Below are positions 9,503-19,761 of a DNA stretch of 64,000 nt, piece by piece. Source of the DNA: a virus; IMG/VR virus record IMGVR_UViG_3300013947_000003, positions 32,001 to 96,000 of that record; one strand, given 5' to 3'. Each line of letters begins with the position of its first letter. The first letter of the stretch is position 1. Below the pieces are notes generated by a model, which had not been told where the DNA came from, made no database searches, and worked only from the letters and a program-made list of their open reading frames with translations. The position numbers and the translations under genes are program-made.

Positions 9503-11904
9503 TTACTATTAGTATTAGTAGGTTTATTTATTTGCTTTAATTTAAGAGCCTCATCGGCTTTATTTTTACGTTTAGTTTCAGCTAATTTATCTTTTTCTAA
9601 TTCCTATTTAGAATTAAACTATCTAATTTTTTCGTCAAGTTCAGCTTTTGCTTGTTCCGGATCTTCTTTATAGAAATTCTAATTAGCCATAGATTCAGCA
9701 TTTATTTCTGCAACAAGTATTCTGGTTTCATTGTCTCTTTGATTTATGGAATCTTTAAGTTCCATTTCTGCCTATTTTTGCTGCGCTTCCTGCTGTATTT
9801 GTTGCTGTGCCAATTCTTGTTGCTGTTGCTATTGTTGCTATGCTCTCTATAACATGTCTTCTTCATTCTTTTGGACCATTCTTTGTTTCTCGGCTAATGA
9901 AGTACTATTGTATAATTTCATAATAGTAGAGAAGTTAAGTGTTTGATTCTATAGGGCTGCCTATGCTAGCATATCTAACTTTTGTTTAAGCTCCTGCATA
10001 CCATCACTATTATCAACAACTAAACCATAGTCAGCTTCAGCAAACTCATCACCATCAATTTCAGTAACTTTCATAGTATTATCTGCTAATAAATACTAGA
10101 ACTTCTTACTTCTTCCTTTAAGTGCAATTTTTGCAGTTTCTAAAAAGCATTCTAAAGCTCTTCTTTTAACATCGTCATGGACCATAAACAGCCATTCAGT
10201 AATATGAGAAGACTGTAAAGTAGCCCTTTCCACACCACCAACAGTTTCTCTATTACTAATCTAGCCTTCTCTTTGTCTAGAAATGCCTGCAACATCAGAC
10301 ATTTCCTACTTAATATACTCCAATAGATTTACATATTGCTATATGGTATTACCAACATCTGCGTTAAATGCTCCCTGTTGTGCATTATTTAAAGCCCCTG
10401 AAAGCTTTCCCATAGCTGCTCCTGAATTGCCTTCTTTAAAACTATCAGAAACAACAATACCGGAAGTTTTAGCAAAATACATCCACTTTTCTATATCCCA
10501 TCCAGTAGGAACTTTGGCTAAATCTAGATTAATTAGAACACCCCAATTTCTAGCAAGTAGTTTATTAAGTCTGTCGTGTATAACATCATATAAGTAATTA
10601 TATGATTTCATCTTATCAACTAAAGAAAATGGTTTTGAATCATTAAGATTATAAACAGATCCTACAATACCAAAATGGCATCTTGAAGGATTGGAGAGTC
10701 TATTATACTAAACTACCCTAGGACGCATATTTACATAAATATCTGTGCCTATTTTAGTTCCTTCCCAAGCTTCATTTATATAAAAAACTGTTTCTTCCTC
10801 ACCCTCTTCTGTTTTTGTTATATAAGTTTCCGGATAAAAATTAAATACTTCTTCACCTGTTTCTGGATCATAAGATTTAACTTTTTTTATTTTTCTTCTA
10901 GATTTCCAATAAACTCTAAGAACCCTTATATTACCATTCATATCAAAAGGAAGAAGCGAATCATTAACTCCATCAAGTTCTCCTGTAATATTAGAAAAAA
11001 AATCAGTTTGGGAATTAAATGTTTCACCTAACATAGAACCATTTATAAATCCATATCTTTCATCTATATTATCCATAGAATCAGTAGATCCTTGCCCCAA
11101 ATTGTCAGGCATTTCTTCTATATACTCTCTGTCCTTTTCTGACAATACATCATAATAAGTATCTATTATCTTCCCGGGGCTCCAATAATCCTCAAGTATT
11201 ATAATATCTGCATCTTCTAATCTATTAGAATATCCAGATCTAAATGCGCGTATTTTTAAAGGGTTTATTCTTTCAATGACGGGTTCTCCACCAACAATAT
11301 CACATTGATATATTTCTTCACCAACAGTCATTCCGTCCATAAATCCTTGGTTAAATATCAAAGGCATGTTAAGTTCCTTAACATAGTGGTGTAATAATGA
11401 ATTGGCCCTTATTTCTCTCATATCTTGCCATTCTAGAGAAAAATAATCTCCCATCTATTGAATGCGTTGATTAAACTCTTCCTCAGAAGAGGAAGTATCC
11501 TAAACAGCTTTTTGAAGTTCCTAATATATTTGATCCCTTTTATTGTTTTCTATTTCAGATATAGAATTAGGATTTGTAATAACAACTCTATAATCAAATA
11601 CTCTGGCAGATTCTTCGCCTCTCAGAACATCTAGTTTGCTATTCATGATAGGATAGTGTTGTATTTTATCAGGAATAAATCCAGCCTGAAGATGCTCGGG
11701 ATTTAATATCATCATAAGGTCACTCATATGAAGTTTACCATTAATTAAATCATAATTAATCTTCTTATGAATAACACTGTTCCTAACAGGTGAATAGTTG
11801 AAAAATGTCTTAGAGTCTGCCCAATCACAATGAAGTTTACGCCATTTTTTATTCTTTTTATTAAATGGCAACTATTGTGGGGGTAATTTAACAAAATTAC
11901 TCAT
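9499..11904 (-). CDS. portal protein
   Basis: ATG 11904 to TGA 9499 (2406 nt). Three track fragments and the gaps between them join through 18 in-frame TAG; 9499-10710 was checked codon by codon. Support: about 800 aa, adjacent to the terminase, and a podovirus-connector-like core. The C-terminal tail is poly-Gln. Confidence 0.7.
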
Positions 11905-11983
11905 ATATCTTTCAACTTTAAATTTTATACAAAGGTATCATATAATAAACAAATACACAACATAATAATTATTTTATTAACTA

Positions 11984-14221
11984 TTATAAAGTATTAAGTT
12001 TAAACTGTCTATAATTTTTTTCAAAGAATGGGTCTATCTCAAGTCCTTTAGGTTTTACCTAAGCTCTTCGCATATCCCCTTGATATAATATCATCTTTTC
12101 TTCTCTAAAGAGCATTAACTAAACTAATGACATCAATCTATCAACATTTATATCAGGGTTAAATAATATAAGTTCTTTTAGTAAAGCTCTATTTTTAATA
12201 AATGATAAATTAGGCACAGTATAAGAAACTTCATGACCATTCTATTCTTCATTTATAGTAACAGGCTTTAATAACCAATCTCTAATTAAAGTTAGTCCAA
12301 AGTTTTTAATAGGTACTGTTGCCTAAACTCCCTTACTAGAATTACCAAAATTAGAGGACTTTATCAACTATTTATTCCTTAAATATTCAGGTGTATCAGC
12401 CAACATGTACAAACTATTAGTTCTACTAAAGTAAGAAAATGTGTTCTTTTTATTACTTTCATAGAGTAATTGACAATTATAAAATAAACATATCTTTCTA
12501 GCTATCTCATTTAAATCATCTACAAACATAGGTCTGCCTGTGTACTCTGCAACTATTCTATCAGTCCATAGGTCCATTACAAACAAAGAACCTAAAGACA
12601 TTGTATTAGATTCATCATTTTCATAATTATCTAGAGATGCTATATACCTATCCTATGGAATCTTACCTTGTACTTCCTAAGGCATTTCAAATATTTCTAA
12701 AGCTCCGGTACTTTTATTATCCTTTAATGGGAAGTCTCTAATAGGTTTATCATAACTAGGCTAGAACTCTACTTCATGTTTTTTATTAAATACAAGATTT
12801 CCTATATAAGTATCATCGTAGAAATTAGGGTTATTATCAATTTCATTTAATCTAGCTGTTAATTCTGTTATAGGAAATATATTGCCTTTAGCTCTCTGAA
12901 TAGCTTCCTACGGTGTTATAGGAATTTCAGCAATACGTTTAGTAATAGCATTAATATTAGTTGAATTATATTTAACAAGATACCTATCTTTTAGTATTTG
13001 TACTAATGCCTTAATAACATCGCTATTACCATCTTTATCATAACAATCAGCCCTATTTAAATATCCAGGAAAAAAGTATGTAAACTATTTCCTTCCCTAT
13101 CCCTCTTTATCATAAATATTATCAATCCCTAAAACATTGTAGCCTTTAGGATTATACATAAGTTCCTGCATAGAACTAAAGTCAGAGTCATTATCACCTG
13201 CTGTACCCCAAGCAGCAATAATTCCCCACACACTATCACCATCTTCTACAGAAGGCCTTAATACCTACCATAGATTTAATAACCTAGGGAACGTGCCACT
13301 CTCCTCGATTATATATAAAACTCCTCTAGAACCTCTAAGTTTAGATTCATCATCTTTAGAAGTAATACCCATAACACTATTTTCTGTACCCATTCTAACA
13401 CCTGTTTCAACATCTAAATAGCCCATAGTCCATTGCATATTCTAAAGACTAGATGTTAATCTTCTAGAGGGAAATTGAGTATTACTAGCACAGAAATCTA
13501 TATAATACTAAAACATGTCTAGAATCTAATTAGCCCCTTGTATATATTTTCTTTCAGATGCAGTTACGACACACTATACTTTCTTATTTACTTCGTAACC
13601 TTCTCCTAATATAAATCTTTTAGCTAACAAAGAAGCACCACAAAAAGACTTACCACAACCACGTCTTGATAGTTCCATATAATGATGTCCTCGATCTCTA
13701 CACTATTGTAAAAAATGAAATTTATAATAGTGCCCTTCCCAAAATAATGGCATACCTACAGAACGTATTGTTTTACCTTTTGCATCTTTTTTTATAAGCT
13801 ACATAGGGCAGTAGTTTAAAAAGAAATACATATCACCGGTAATCCACTCACCATCAGATGGCCTTACATACCCTTCATAGCATCTTCTAATTTCCTCTCT
13901 AATCCATTTACCAAATTCACTATTAGGATTAGCATTAGGTTTTAAATCTGTTAGTCTTCCTGTTTTCTAAAAATGTATTGCTGTGGGTCTAAAATAATCC
14001 GTATCTTCTAATATGTGGGGTTTTGTTATGTCAATAATGATTTTACCTTCTTCATCTCTAGGAAGATCTTTAGCATAGGGTCTATCAGCAGAAATTAGCT
14101 TTTTTATATAAGGAACATTATTAATATAATCAAAGAACTGCTCCTTAACTTCTTCATTCATAGAATCAAGCAGTTCCTAAGTTATACTAGTCTAGCATTT
14201 ATTTAATCGAAAGTTCTCCAT
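11984..14221 (-). CDS. terL: terminase large subunit
   Basis: Checked codon by codon from 14161 to 11984: 19 in-frame TAG and zero TAA/TGA over 726 codons. Walker A LSRRGCGKS and a WGTAGD-type nuclease half. An upstream ATG at 14221 adds 20 codons (2 more TAG). Confidence 0.85.
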
Positions 14222-14489
14222 TTAATACCAGTTTTATTATTTCTTGTATTATATATAAATCAAACTTTTTCTAAAAACTCTCTAAGGAAGTGGTTGATAC
14301 TTTATCTGTTTTAGTAAACCTTTCTATAAGCTCTCCTTTACTTTTAGTTATTTCATACAACTCCCCTGTGAAAGTCTTAATAATCTTCATTGTAGAATGT
14401 GTCTCCATAGTTTTTCTAACAACAAGATTTTTACCAACTGCTTTCCCTATAGTATTTATTACTTCATTAAAGGTTAAGTCCATCTTCAA
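14199..14489 (-). CDS. small protein upstream of terL (small terminase by position only)
   Basis: Track ORF 14271-14489 continues past TAG 14271 to TAA 14199. Confidence 0.4.
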
Positions 14490-15015
14490 ATAACTTTTTT
14501 TCGCCCGAACCTCTCATTTTTCCTGAACTAACCATTTCAGTGGTAATGGCTTTTTCTGCATCTGCAAGGTCCTTAACTAATTGTGGAATCATTTTAATAG
14601 TAGAGGTTATACTATTTATAGTATAAATAGGCTTTCCTTTATCATCTGAGGCATTAAGATCAACATCTCTAAGGAATGTTCTAACCTTATCTACTGCAAT
14701 ACGAGTATCCTCAAGAAGAAGCGCAGAGGGGGATTTAAAGGACTCATAAAACTACATAGCTTCTTGAACTTGTTTATCAGGTTTCCAATCCTTTAATCCC
14801 TCTCCCTCTATAACTGCTTTTGCCCTTTCTTTTGGGTCAATAATATATTGATAATCACTTCTAGGATCGCACATAAAATAAATATAAGCCAATTCCTAAA
14901 GTGCTTTATTTTTACCATTAGTTTTATCTCTAGACCATATTAATTTGAATGGCTTAAGCATTAGTGCTTCTTCCGAGATAACAACTTTATATGCATCATA
15001 TTTAAACAACTTCAT
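14467..15015 (-). CDS. hypothetical late protein
   Basis: ATG 15015 to TAA 14467 (549 nt), 2 in-frame TAG. Own translation: MKLFKYDAYKVVISEEALMLKPFKLIW... Confidence 0.5.
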
Positions 15016-15030
15016 AAATAATAAATTAAA

Positions 15031-15054
15031 AAAGCCTCTCAACTGAGAGGCTTT
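15031..15054 (-). terminator. rho-independent terminator
   Basis: aaagcctctc-aact-gagaggcttt, followed on the minus strand by a T-rich run. It lies 6 nt after TAA 15060. Confidence 0.7.
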
Positions 15055-15059
15055 GTCCT

Positions 15060-15470
15060 TTAAAGAATAATGTCTTTATTAGGATGGATAATTGAAGTAT
15101 CTTCAGTTTCCTCCCATTCTTCTACTACAAATTCTATATCTCTGTCCTACAGTAGTAAACAGGGCTTATTATCAATTACAACAATATCAAATCTATATTC
15201 AATAACCGGATTGTCTGATATAATACCGTCTTTAAGACTGCCGTCTTTATGCTTTTTGATTGCAAATCTGTTTGGGTTTATTGAGACAAGATCTCCTACT
15301 TTAATGCCTCTAACAGAATCTCCAACAGCTAATACTTTTTGATACTCTTTTACAGTACCTGCTTTTTTTGTAACATCTATAATATTTCCTATTTTACCAT
15401 CTTCCTCATATACATCCATAGTTGTAACAAGGGCAGTAAACATAGGTTTAATTTTTTTTACTATCAACAT
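15060..15470 (-). CDS. GroES/gp31-like co-chaperonin candidate
   Basis: Track ORF 15147-15470 continues past TAG 15147 to TAA 15060. The pattern IKP..ALV...Q.VLAVGD.V.GIKVGDLV resembles Cpn10. Confidence 0.45.
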
Positions 15471-15690
15471 ATGCTTTTATTCTTTTATATTTATCATAAG
15501 GGCAAGCTAACTTACCTAATGATGGAATATTAAAACTAGTAGTTAATTTAGAAAACTCTTCCTCTGATAAGTTTTCTTTTAAAGGTAACTCTTCTATGTG
15601 TTTTCTAATACATAGCCAAAAGGCTTTATAGGTTTTCTCCACCACATTTACTGGTAAATTTAACTCTTTTGCTATCTCTTCTATAGTCAT
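15448..15690 (-). CDS. hypothetical (HTH-like) protein
   Basis: Track ORF with overlapping gene junctions. Confidence 0.5.
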   Translation of the reverse strand: MTIEEIAKELNLPVNVVEKTYKAFWLCIRKHIEELPLKENLSEEEFSKLTTSFNIPSLGKLACPYDKYKRIKAYVDSKKN

Positions 15691-16070
15691 TCTGTAAAAT
15701 CAAATAACAGCATAAACTTAAAATTACCCTCGTCTTTTGTAATATTAGGTATGAATTTAGGATTTATTTTATCATCTATAATGATCTTCTTATCCCTAAG
15801 TTTAGACATTATAACCTGAAAATGAGAACTTGTAATACCACAATCTTCTCTTACAGCCTTTTTAATCTCCTCACTCATTAATACCCTATTAAGTAATTCC
15901 TCACTTGTAATATTGAGGCTTAATTGATACCTGTGTTTTACAAATGAGGAAATTACTTCAATCTCTCTATTTGTGAGATTATGAAAGGGCTTAAGAAACT
16001 CAAACCAATATTTAAAGAACTTTTCTTTTGTAGTGGGAATCCTAACAACATTGTTAATCTTCCCTAACAT
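15687..16070 (-). CDS. hypothetical protein
   Basis: Track ORF with an ATGA-type junction to its neighbour. Confidence 0.5.
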   Translation of the reverse strand: MLGKINNVVRIPTTKEKFFKYWFEFLKPFHNLTNREIEVISSFVKHRYQLSLNITSEELLNRVLMSEEIKKAVREDCGITSSHFQVIMSKLRDKKIIIDDKINPKFIPNITKDEGNFKFMLLFDFTE

Positions 16071-16071
16071 A

Positions 16072-16329
16072 TTATTCTTCTGCTTGAGTTTCTTCTTTTA
16101 CAGGAGTCATAATCTCAACAATCTCCTTAACACACTTATCTACAAATTCCTTATCAAAGCTAATTTCATTTTCAATTACCTTAAAAAGATAATCAAGACG
16201 CTTAAAAAGAGTAGTAGTGCTAAATTGTTGAAGTTTATTATATAATGCATTATTATCCTGCTGAAGCTGTTCTGCAACTGCTTTAAGTTGTTCGTACGTA
16301 AGCTCCTTTACTTCTTTATTATCTTCCAT
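16072..16329 (-). CDS. hypothetical coiled-coil protein
   Basis: Track ORF. Confidence 0.5.
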   Translation of the reverse strand: MEDNKEVKELTYEQLKAVAEQLQQDNNALYNKLQQFSTTTLFKRLDYLFKVIENEISFDKEFVDKCVKEIVEIMTPVKEETQAEE

Positions 16330-16332
16330 TGC

Positions 16333-16563
16333 TTATAAAGTATTATTTAAATATTTAAATCCGTATTTATTTTTATAAAGAGTTTCCCACTCTTTAATAT
16401 TTAATTCTCCTGTATCTGTTCCTCCACAGTTATCACAGTATACAAGATCGTCTAAGCCCATTCTGAGTATCCTTAAAGACAAGCATTTCTTACAGTATAC
16501 AACAGGTTCCTCATCATACTTTGTAGGCTCCTTGAATTCTAAAGTATCAATTGGTTCCTCCAT
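16333..16563 (-). CDS. zinc-ribbon protein
   Basis: CKKC...CDNC four-Cys pattern. Track ORF. Confidence 0.5.
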   Translation of the reverse strand: MEEPIDTLEFKEPTKYDEEPVVYCKKCLSLRILRMGLDDLVYCDNCGGTDTGELNIKEWETLYKNKYGFKYLNNTL

Positions 16564-16723
16564 CTTTATAGTATACTAATATAAAACTACCATTTTCTTT
16601 GACTAAAGATACTATGTCTTCTCTTTTAACATTTAGGTTATTTGCTTTTACTACCAACTATCGAATATTAGTTGCAGATATGGCAGTCATAACCTTTCCA
16701 TCTTTAACCATAGGTTCCATCAT
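16547..16723 (-). CDS. hypothetical small protein
   Basis: Own translation MMEPMVKDGKVMTAISATNIR(TAG)LVVKANNL... ATGA overlap upstream. Ends at TGA 16547. Confidence 0.4.
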
Positions 16724-16902
16724 TTCTTTATTTTACCGCCTGAAGCCATCTTCATAGCATTGGCTCTTCTTTCTAATGCTGCTGCTTGTGCTTTAGCGGC
16801 CTTAATAGCAGCATTCTTTCTACTAGGACTATTCATAATTTCCTAGTATTGTGCTAATGTATGAGCATCACTTTCAGCTTGCCATTTTTTATCAATTTTC
16901 AT
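16720..16902 (-). CDS. hypothetical small protein
   Basis: MKIDKKWQAESDAHTLAQY(TAG)EIMNSPSRKNAAIKAAKAQAAALERR... ATGA overlaps at both ends. Confidence 0.4.
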
Positions 16903-17081
16903 CTTTTTACACTTATTTTATTAAGTTCATCATAGAAATTTAGTACAAACTACTCATTTTCTAGTGAGTGTATTTCTATAATTTTATCTATAAAGTTAAG
17001 ATCGTCTAGTATAGCCAGCATGGCATGTTTAAGATATTCAATACTGGGCTTATTAAAATTATCAAGAATAGTCTGTTCCAT
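16899..17081 (-). CDS. hypothetical small protein
   Basis: MEQTILDNFNKPSIEYLKHAML...ENE(TAG)FVLNFYDELNKISVKR. Ends at TGA 16899. Confidence 0.4.
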
Positions 17082-17095
17082 AATATTAAATTTAG

Positions 17096-17168
17096 TCGCC
17101 CCACTCAGAGTCGAACTGAGATCTTCAGATTTAGAGTCTGTAGTAATAAACCGTTATACTATAGGGCA
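17096..17168 (-). tRNA. suppressor tRNA, anticodon CTA (reads TAG); probably Gln-accepting
   Basis: Hand-folded 73-nt cloverleaf. Acceptor TGCCCTA/TGGGGCG (2 G-U pairs). Anticodon stem CAGA/TCTG with loop C-T-CTA-A-A. T arm CTCAG-TTCGACT-CTGAG. U1 and a weak 1:72 pair, as in bacterial tRNA-Gln. Confidence 0.85.
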
Positions 17169-17172
17169 TTAA

Positions 17173-17406
17173 TTAAAATATATATTTATACATTAGTATA
17201 TAAAAAGCAACTGCTAAGAACTGCCCTACTATGCCCCCTGCTAATGTCATTAAAATATCCAGTTCGTCAAATTTATTTCCATATTGCTTGTCTTTAAATT
17301 CCATTCCTATGGCCAAGCCTAATACAAATAATATTGTGCCAATAAATCCTGCAGGTATTGCATAAAAGAAATGTTTGTTCCTGTTACTTTCCGTAAACCA
17401 ACTCAT
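17173..17406 (-). CDS. small membrane protein
   Basis: Track ORF with 2-3 hydrophobic helices, lying between tRNA genes. Confidence 0.45.
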   Translation of the reverse strand: MSWFTESNRNKHFFYAIPAGFIGTILFVLGLAIGMEFKDKQYGNKFDELDILMTLAGGIVGQFLAVAFYILMYKYIF

Positions 17407-17421
17407 AATATTTATTTTTTG

Positions 17422-17486
17422 CGGTTCCTAGTAGATTCGAACTACTATCTTCCATTTCAGGAGTAATACCATTATACTAAGGAACC
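17422..17486 (-). tRNA. tRNA-like element with truncated anticodon arm (pseudo-tRNA?)
   Basis: Acceptor GGTTCCT/AGGAACC, a D arm near-identical to the suppressor's, and T arm AGTAG-TTCGAAT-CTACT. Only about 12 nt (tcc-tgaaat-gga) occupy the position of the 17-nt anticodon arm. Confidence 0.35.
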
Positions 17487-17566
17487 AAGCTCCCTCCTTC
17501 CGTCTTCTCAGATTAAGGGAGGTTATTGTACAAATTAACAACAATTAAACATCTTTCCACCGTGTG

Positions 17567-17638
17567 TCTCCCCAGAAAGACTCGAACTTTCAATGTGGGA
17601 TTAGAAATCCCAAGTTATATCCCTTTAACTATGGGGAG
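17567..17638 (-). tRNA. tRNA-Arg (anticodon TCT)
   Basis: Perfect cloverleaf. Acceptor CTCCCCA/TGGGGAG, D stem GTTA/TAAC, anticodon stem TGGGA/TCCCA with loop TT-TCT-AA, T arm GAAAG-TTCGAGT-CTTTC. Confidence 0.85.
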
Positions 17639-17704
17639 CTTAATCAGAGTATTAAGATGCCACAAAGTAAAGTATAATATTTTAATTATACAAATATTTT
17701 AACA

Positions 17705-17890
17705 TTATTTAAGATTATTATTTATTTCATTGCTTAATTGTTTCATTTGTTCTTGGGTATTATCTATTCCGCCCCCATCAGCAAATTTATTATAAGTTTC
17801 TTTAATACTATTTACATCCCTAAGACCACTCTGAACACCAAGACGTATTATAATAGCCCTATCTCTCATTGGTAAGTTTTCCCAAGCCAT
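17705..17890 (-). CDS. hypothetical small protein
   Basis: Track ORF. Confidence 0.4.
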   Translation of the reverse strand: MAWENLPMRDRAIIIRLGVQSGLRDVNSIKETYNKFADGGGIDNTQEQMKQLSNEINNNLK

Positions 17891-17941
17891 ATATATATTA
17901 AAATTAAAGGGTATAGGGTTAAAGCCCCATACCCTTATATA

Positions 17942-18514
17942 TTATTGAATATTTACAAAATCTATCATTAAAAATTCTTTATCAGTGCCTTCCTCTATAT
18001 TCTTTTTATTATTAAACTTAGCATATATCCAAGGCCACCAATCATCTAAATAAGTCCCTGTACATGGAGTACCTAGAGTATTGTTAGATGAATACTTATC
18101 CTCATAAGTAGGATTATGTTTAAATTCATAAACTACTGTCCAAGACTCTTTGTCAATACCTCCACAGAACTTTACTCTAGGATACTTTTTTACTAAAGTA
18201 TCACAGTAATGCTGAAAGAGTTGTATATCCTCTTCATCTAATTTCCTTTCTAGAACTAGTCTAACATAACAATTTCTTTTCTTATTAAGGAAGTCTAAGA
18301 ATGTTTCTATATCTCCTTTATAAGCCATAAGACCATGCCTTATTTCTACATTAAAATCCCTATCAAAACTAATCCTAAAATCAAAAAATCTAATACCTAG
18401 CTTATACTGCTCCTCTATAGATTTACTTTGACACCTTGCTACAAATCTAAAAGGATATAGATACCATTTCTTAGGAGGTAAATATGTTAGAGAATTGTGT
18501 GATGCTATGATCAT
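17942..18514 (-). CDS. PI-PLC X-domain-like phosphodiesterase
   Basis: N-terminal IIASHNSLTY and GIRFFDFRI resemble the PLC-like phosphodiesterase TIM-barrel signature. Track ORF. Confidence 0.5.
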   Translation of the reverse strand: MIIASHNSLTYLPPKKWYLYPFRFVARCQSKSIEEQYKLGIRFFDFRISFDRDFNVEIRHGLMAYKGDIETFLDFLNKKRNCYVRLVLERKLDEEDIQLFQHYCDTLVKKYPRVKFCGGIDKESWTVVYEFKHNPTYEDKYSSNNTLGTPCTGTYLDDWWPWIYAKFNNKKNIEEGTDKEFLMIDFVNIQ

Positions 18515-19275
18515 CTTATAATAATATTTTTTGTAGAAAATCCTTCTTTTATTTGTACTTTAGGAAGTATTGTAACTGTATAATCATACCCGATGCCATT
18601 ACATATAGCATTTGGATTGGTTTCTGTAATATAGAATGTTTCTCTTCCTGTAGTATAATTTGCTAGATCCTAGCATTCTGTACTTATACTATAACCTCCA
18701 GAACTTTCTGTAAACTGATCAGATGTGGTTAAAGTTGCTACAGTACTTAGTACACCTATATTAAAATCTGGGGAATATGAGTTATAATATAAAAATGAAT
18801 ATTTATTACTAAATAATTCAGTCCTACTTAATATTAAATTTGGAGAAGTGTCTTTTTGGTAGTCTAGAAGATTTTTATAAGAATCATTATGATCTGGTAC
18901 CCCTATATAAACATTTGCTGTAAGTTTTACTCCTTCAGGGAAATCATTTCTTAATACCTGTATACCCCGATATATTCTAAAATTATCACCTTCTACATTG
19001 CCTGCCAGCATCCCCGAATAATTGTCAGCAAAGGGAAGATTTGAAGTGTCAGTACTTGGAATAACAGTTTTAAAGTAATCACCTATTACAACAGTATATA
19101 TATCATCTTTATCTATATAATAAACAGGATCAGTAATAGCAAAATTGGCTTTTGGGCTATCATCTCCAATACTATCAAGAACTTCCCAATACTTCAAATT
19201 ATTCTTCTGCTCTTCAAGACTACCACCACCAGAGACAATAGTCTTACCATTTCTTTTACCTATAATATGTTTCAT
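18511..19275 (-). CDS. first late-strand gene, function unknown
   Basis: Track ORF 18670-19275 continues past TAG 18670 to TGA 18511 (ATGA overlap with the next gene). Confidence 0.55.
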
Positions 19276-19761
19276 CTTTTACTTAATTTTAAGCATATTA
19301 TTAGCGTTCCTATTAATCAACCTTTATTATAAAAATTAGAGATTATAGAGAGACCTGCCCCACTTTTCGCCAAATTGGGAGCCTGGCATAGGTAATTATA
19401 GCCCTTGGGGCGTTTATATAATATTAGTCTACCTCTCTTATCTCTAGCTTCCATTTACCTCTGCCCTACTACTAGTACCCTTTATTCTCCTAGGTTGGCC
19501 GGAAGACCCGCAGACTATAATTACCTCATCTCTAACACTCTATGGTGTTTAAAGGCTATGTGATTAACAGTACTTGACCGTTCACTTCTTATAAGAAGCA
19601 CTGCAAAGTTACATAAAATATTTTTAAAAAACAAACTATTAATAAAATCCTAATAATACTATTAATGAAAAATGTTCAATGTTTAGAATATTAACACTTA
19701 TTAAATTTCTTTTCTAGAGTAGTTAAAATATGTATATCACTGTTAATAATTTAATTTTTTA

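Noticed and set aside
9652-9946. Plus-strand Cys/Leu-rich ORFs (for example MESLSSISAYFCCASCCICCCANSCCCCYCC) that look like an exotic Cys-rich peptide.
   Set aside because: They are the antisense shadow of the portal poly-Gln tract: CAA/CAG/TAG read backwards gives TTG/CTG/CTA and GCA/TGC patterns. The portal frame on the minus strand explains the region.
9499-18513. Possibility that TGA is also reassigned (code 4 style).
   Set aside because: TGA terminates the portal (9499), 2718-3077, 16547-16723, 16720-16902, 16899-17081 and 18511-19275. It usually does so in ATGA overlaps with the next start, and no gene needs TGA readthrough.
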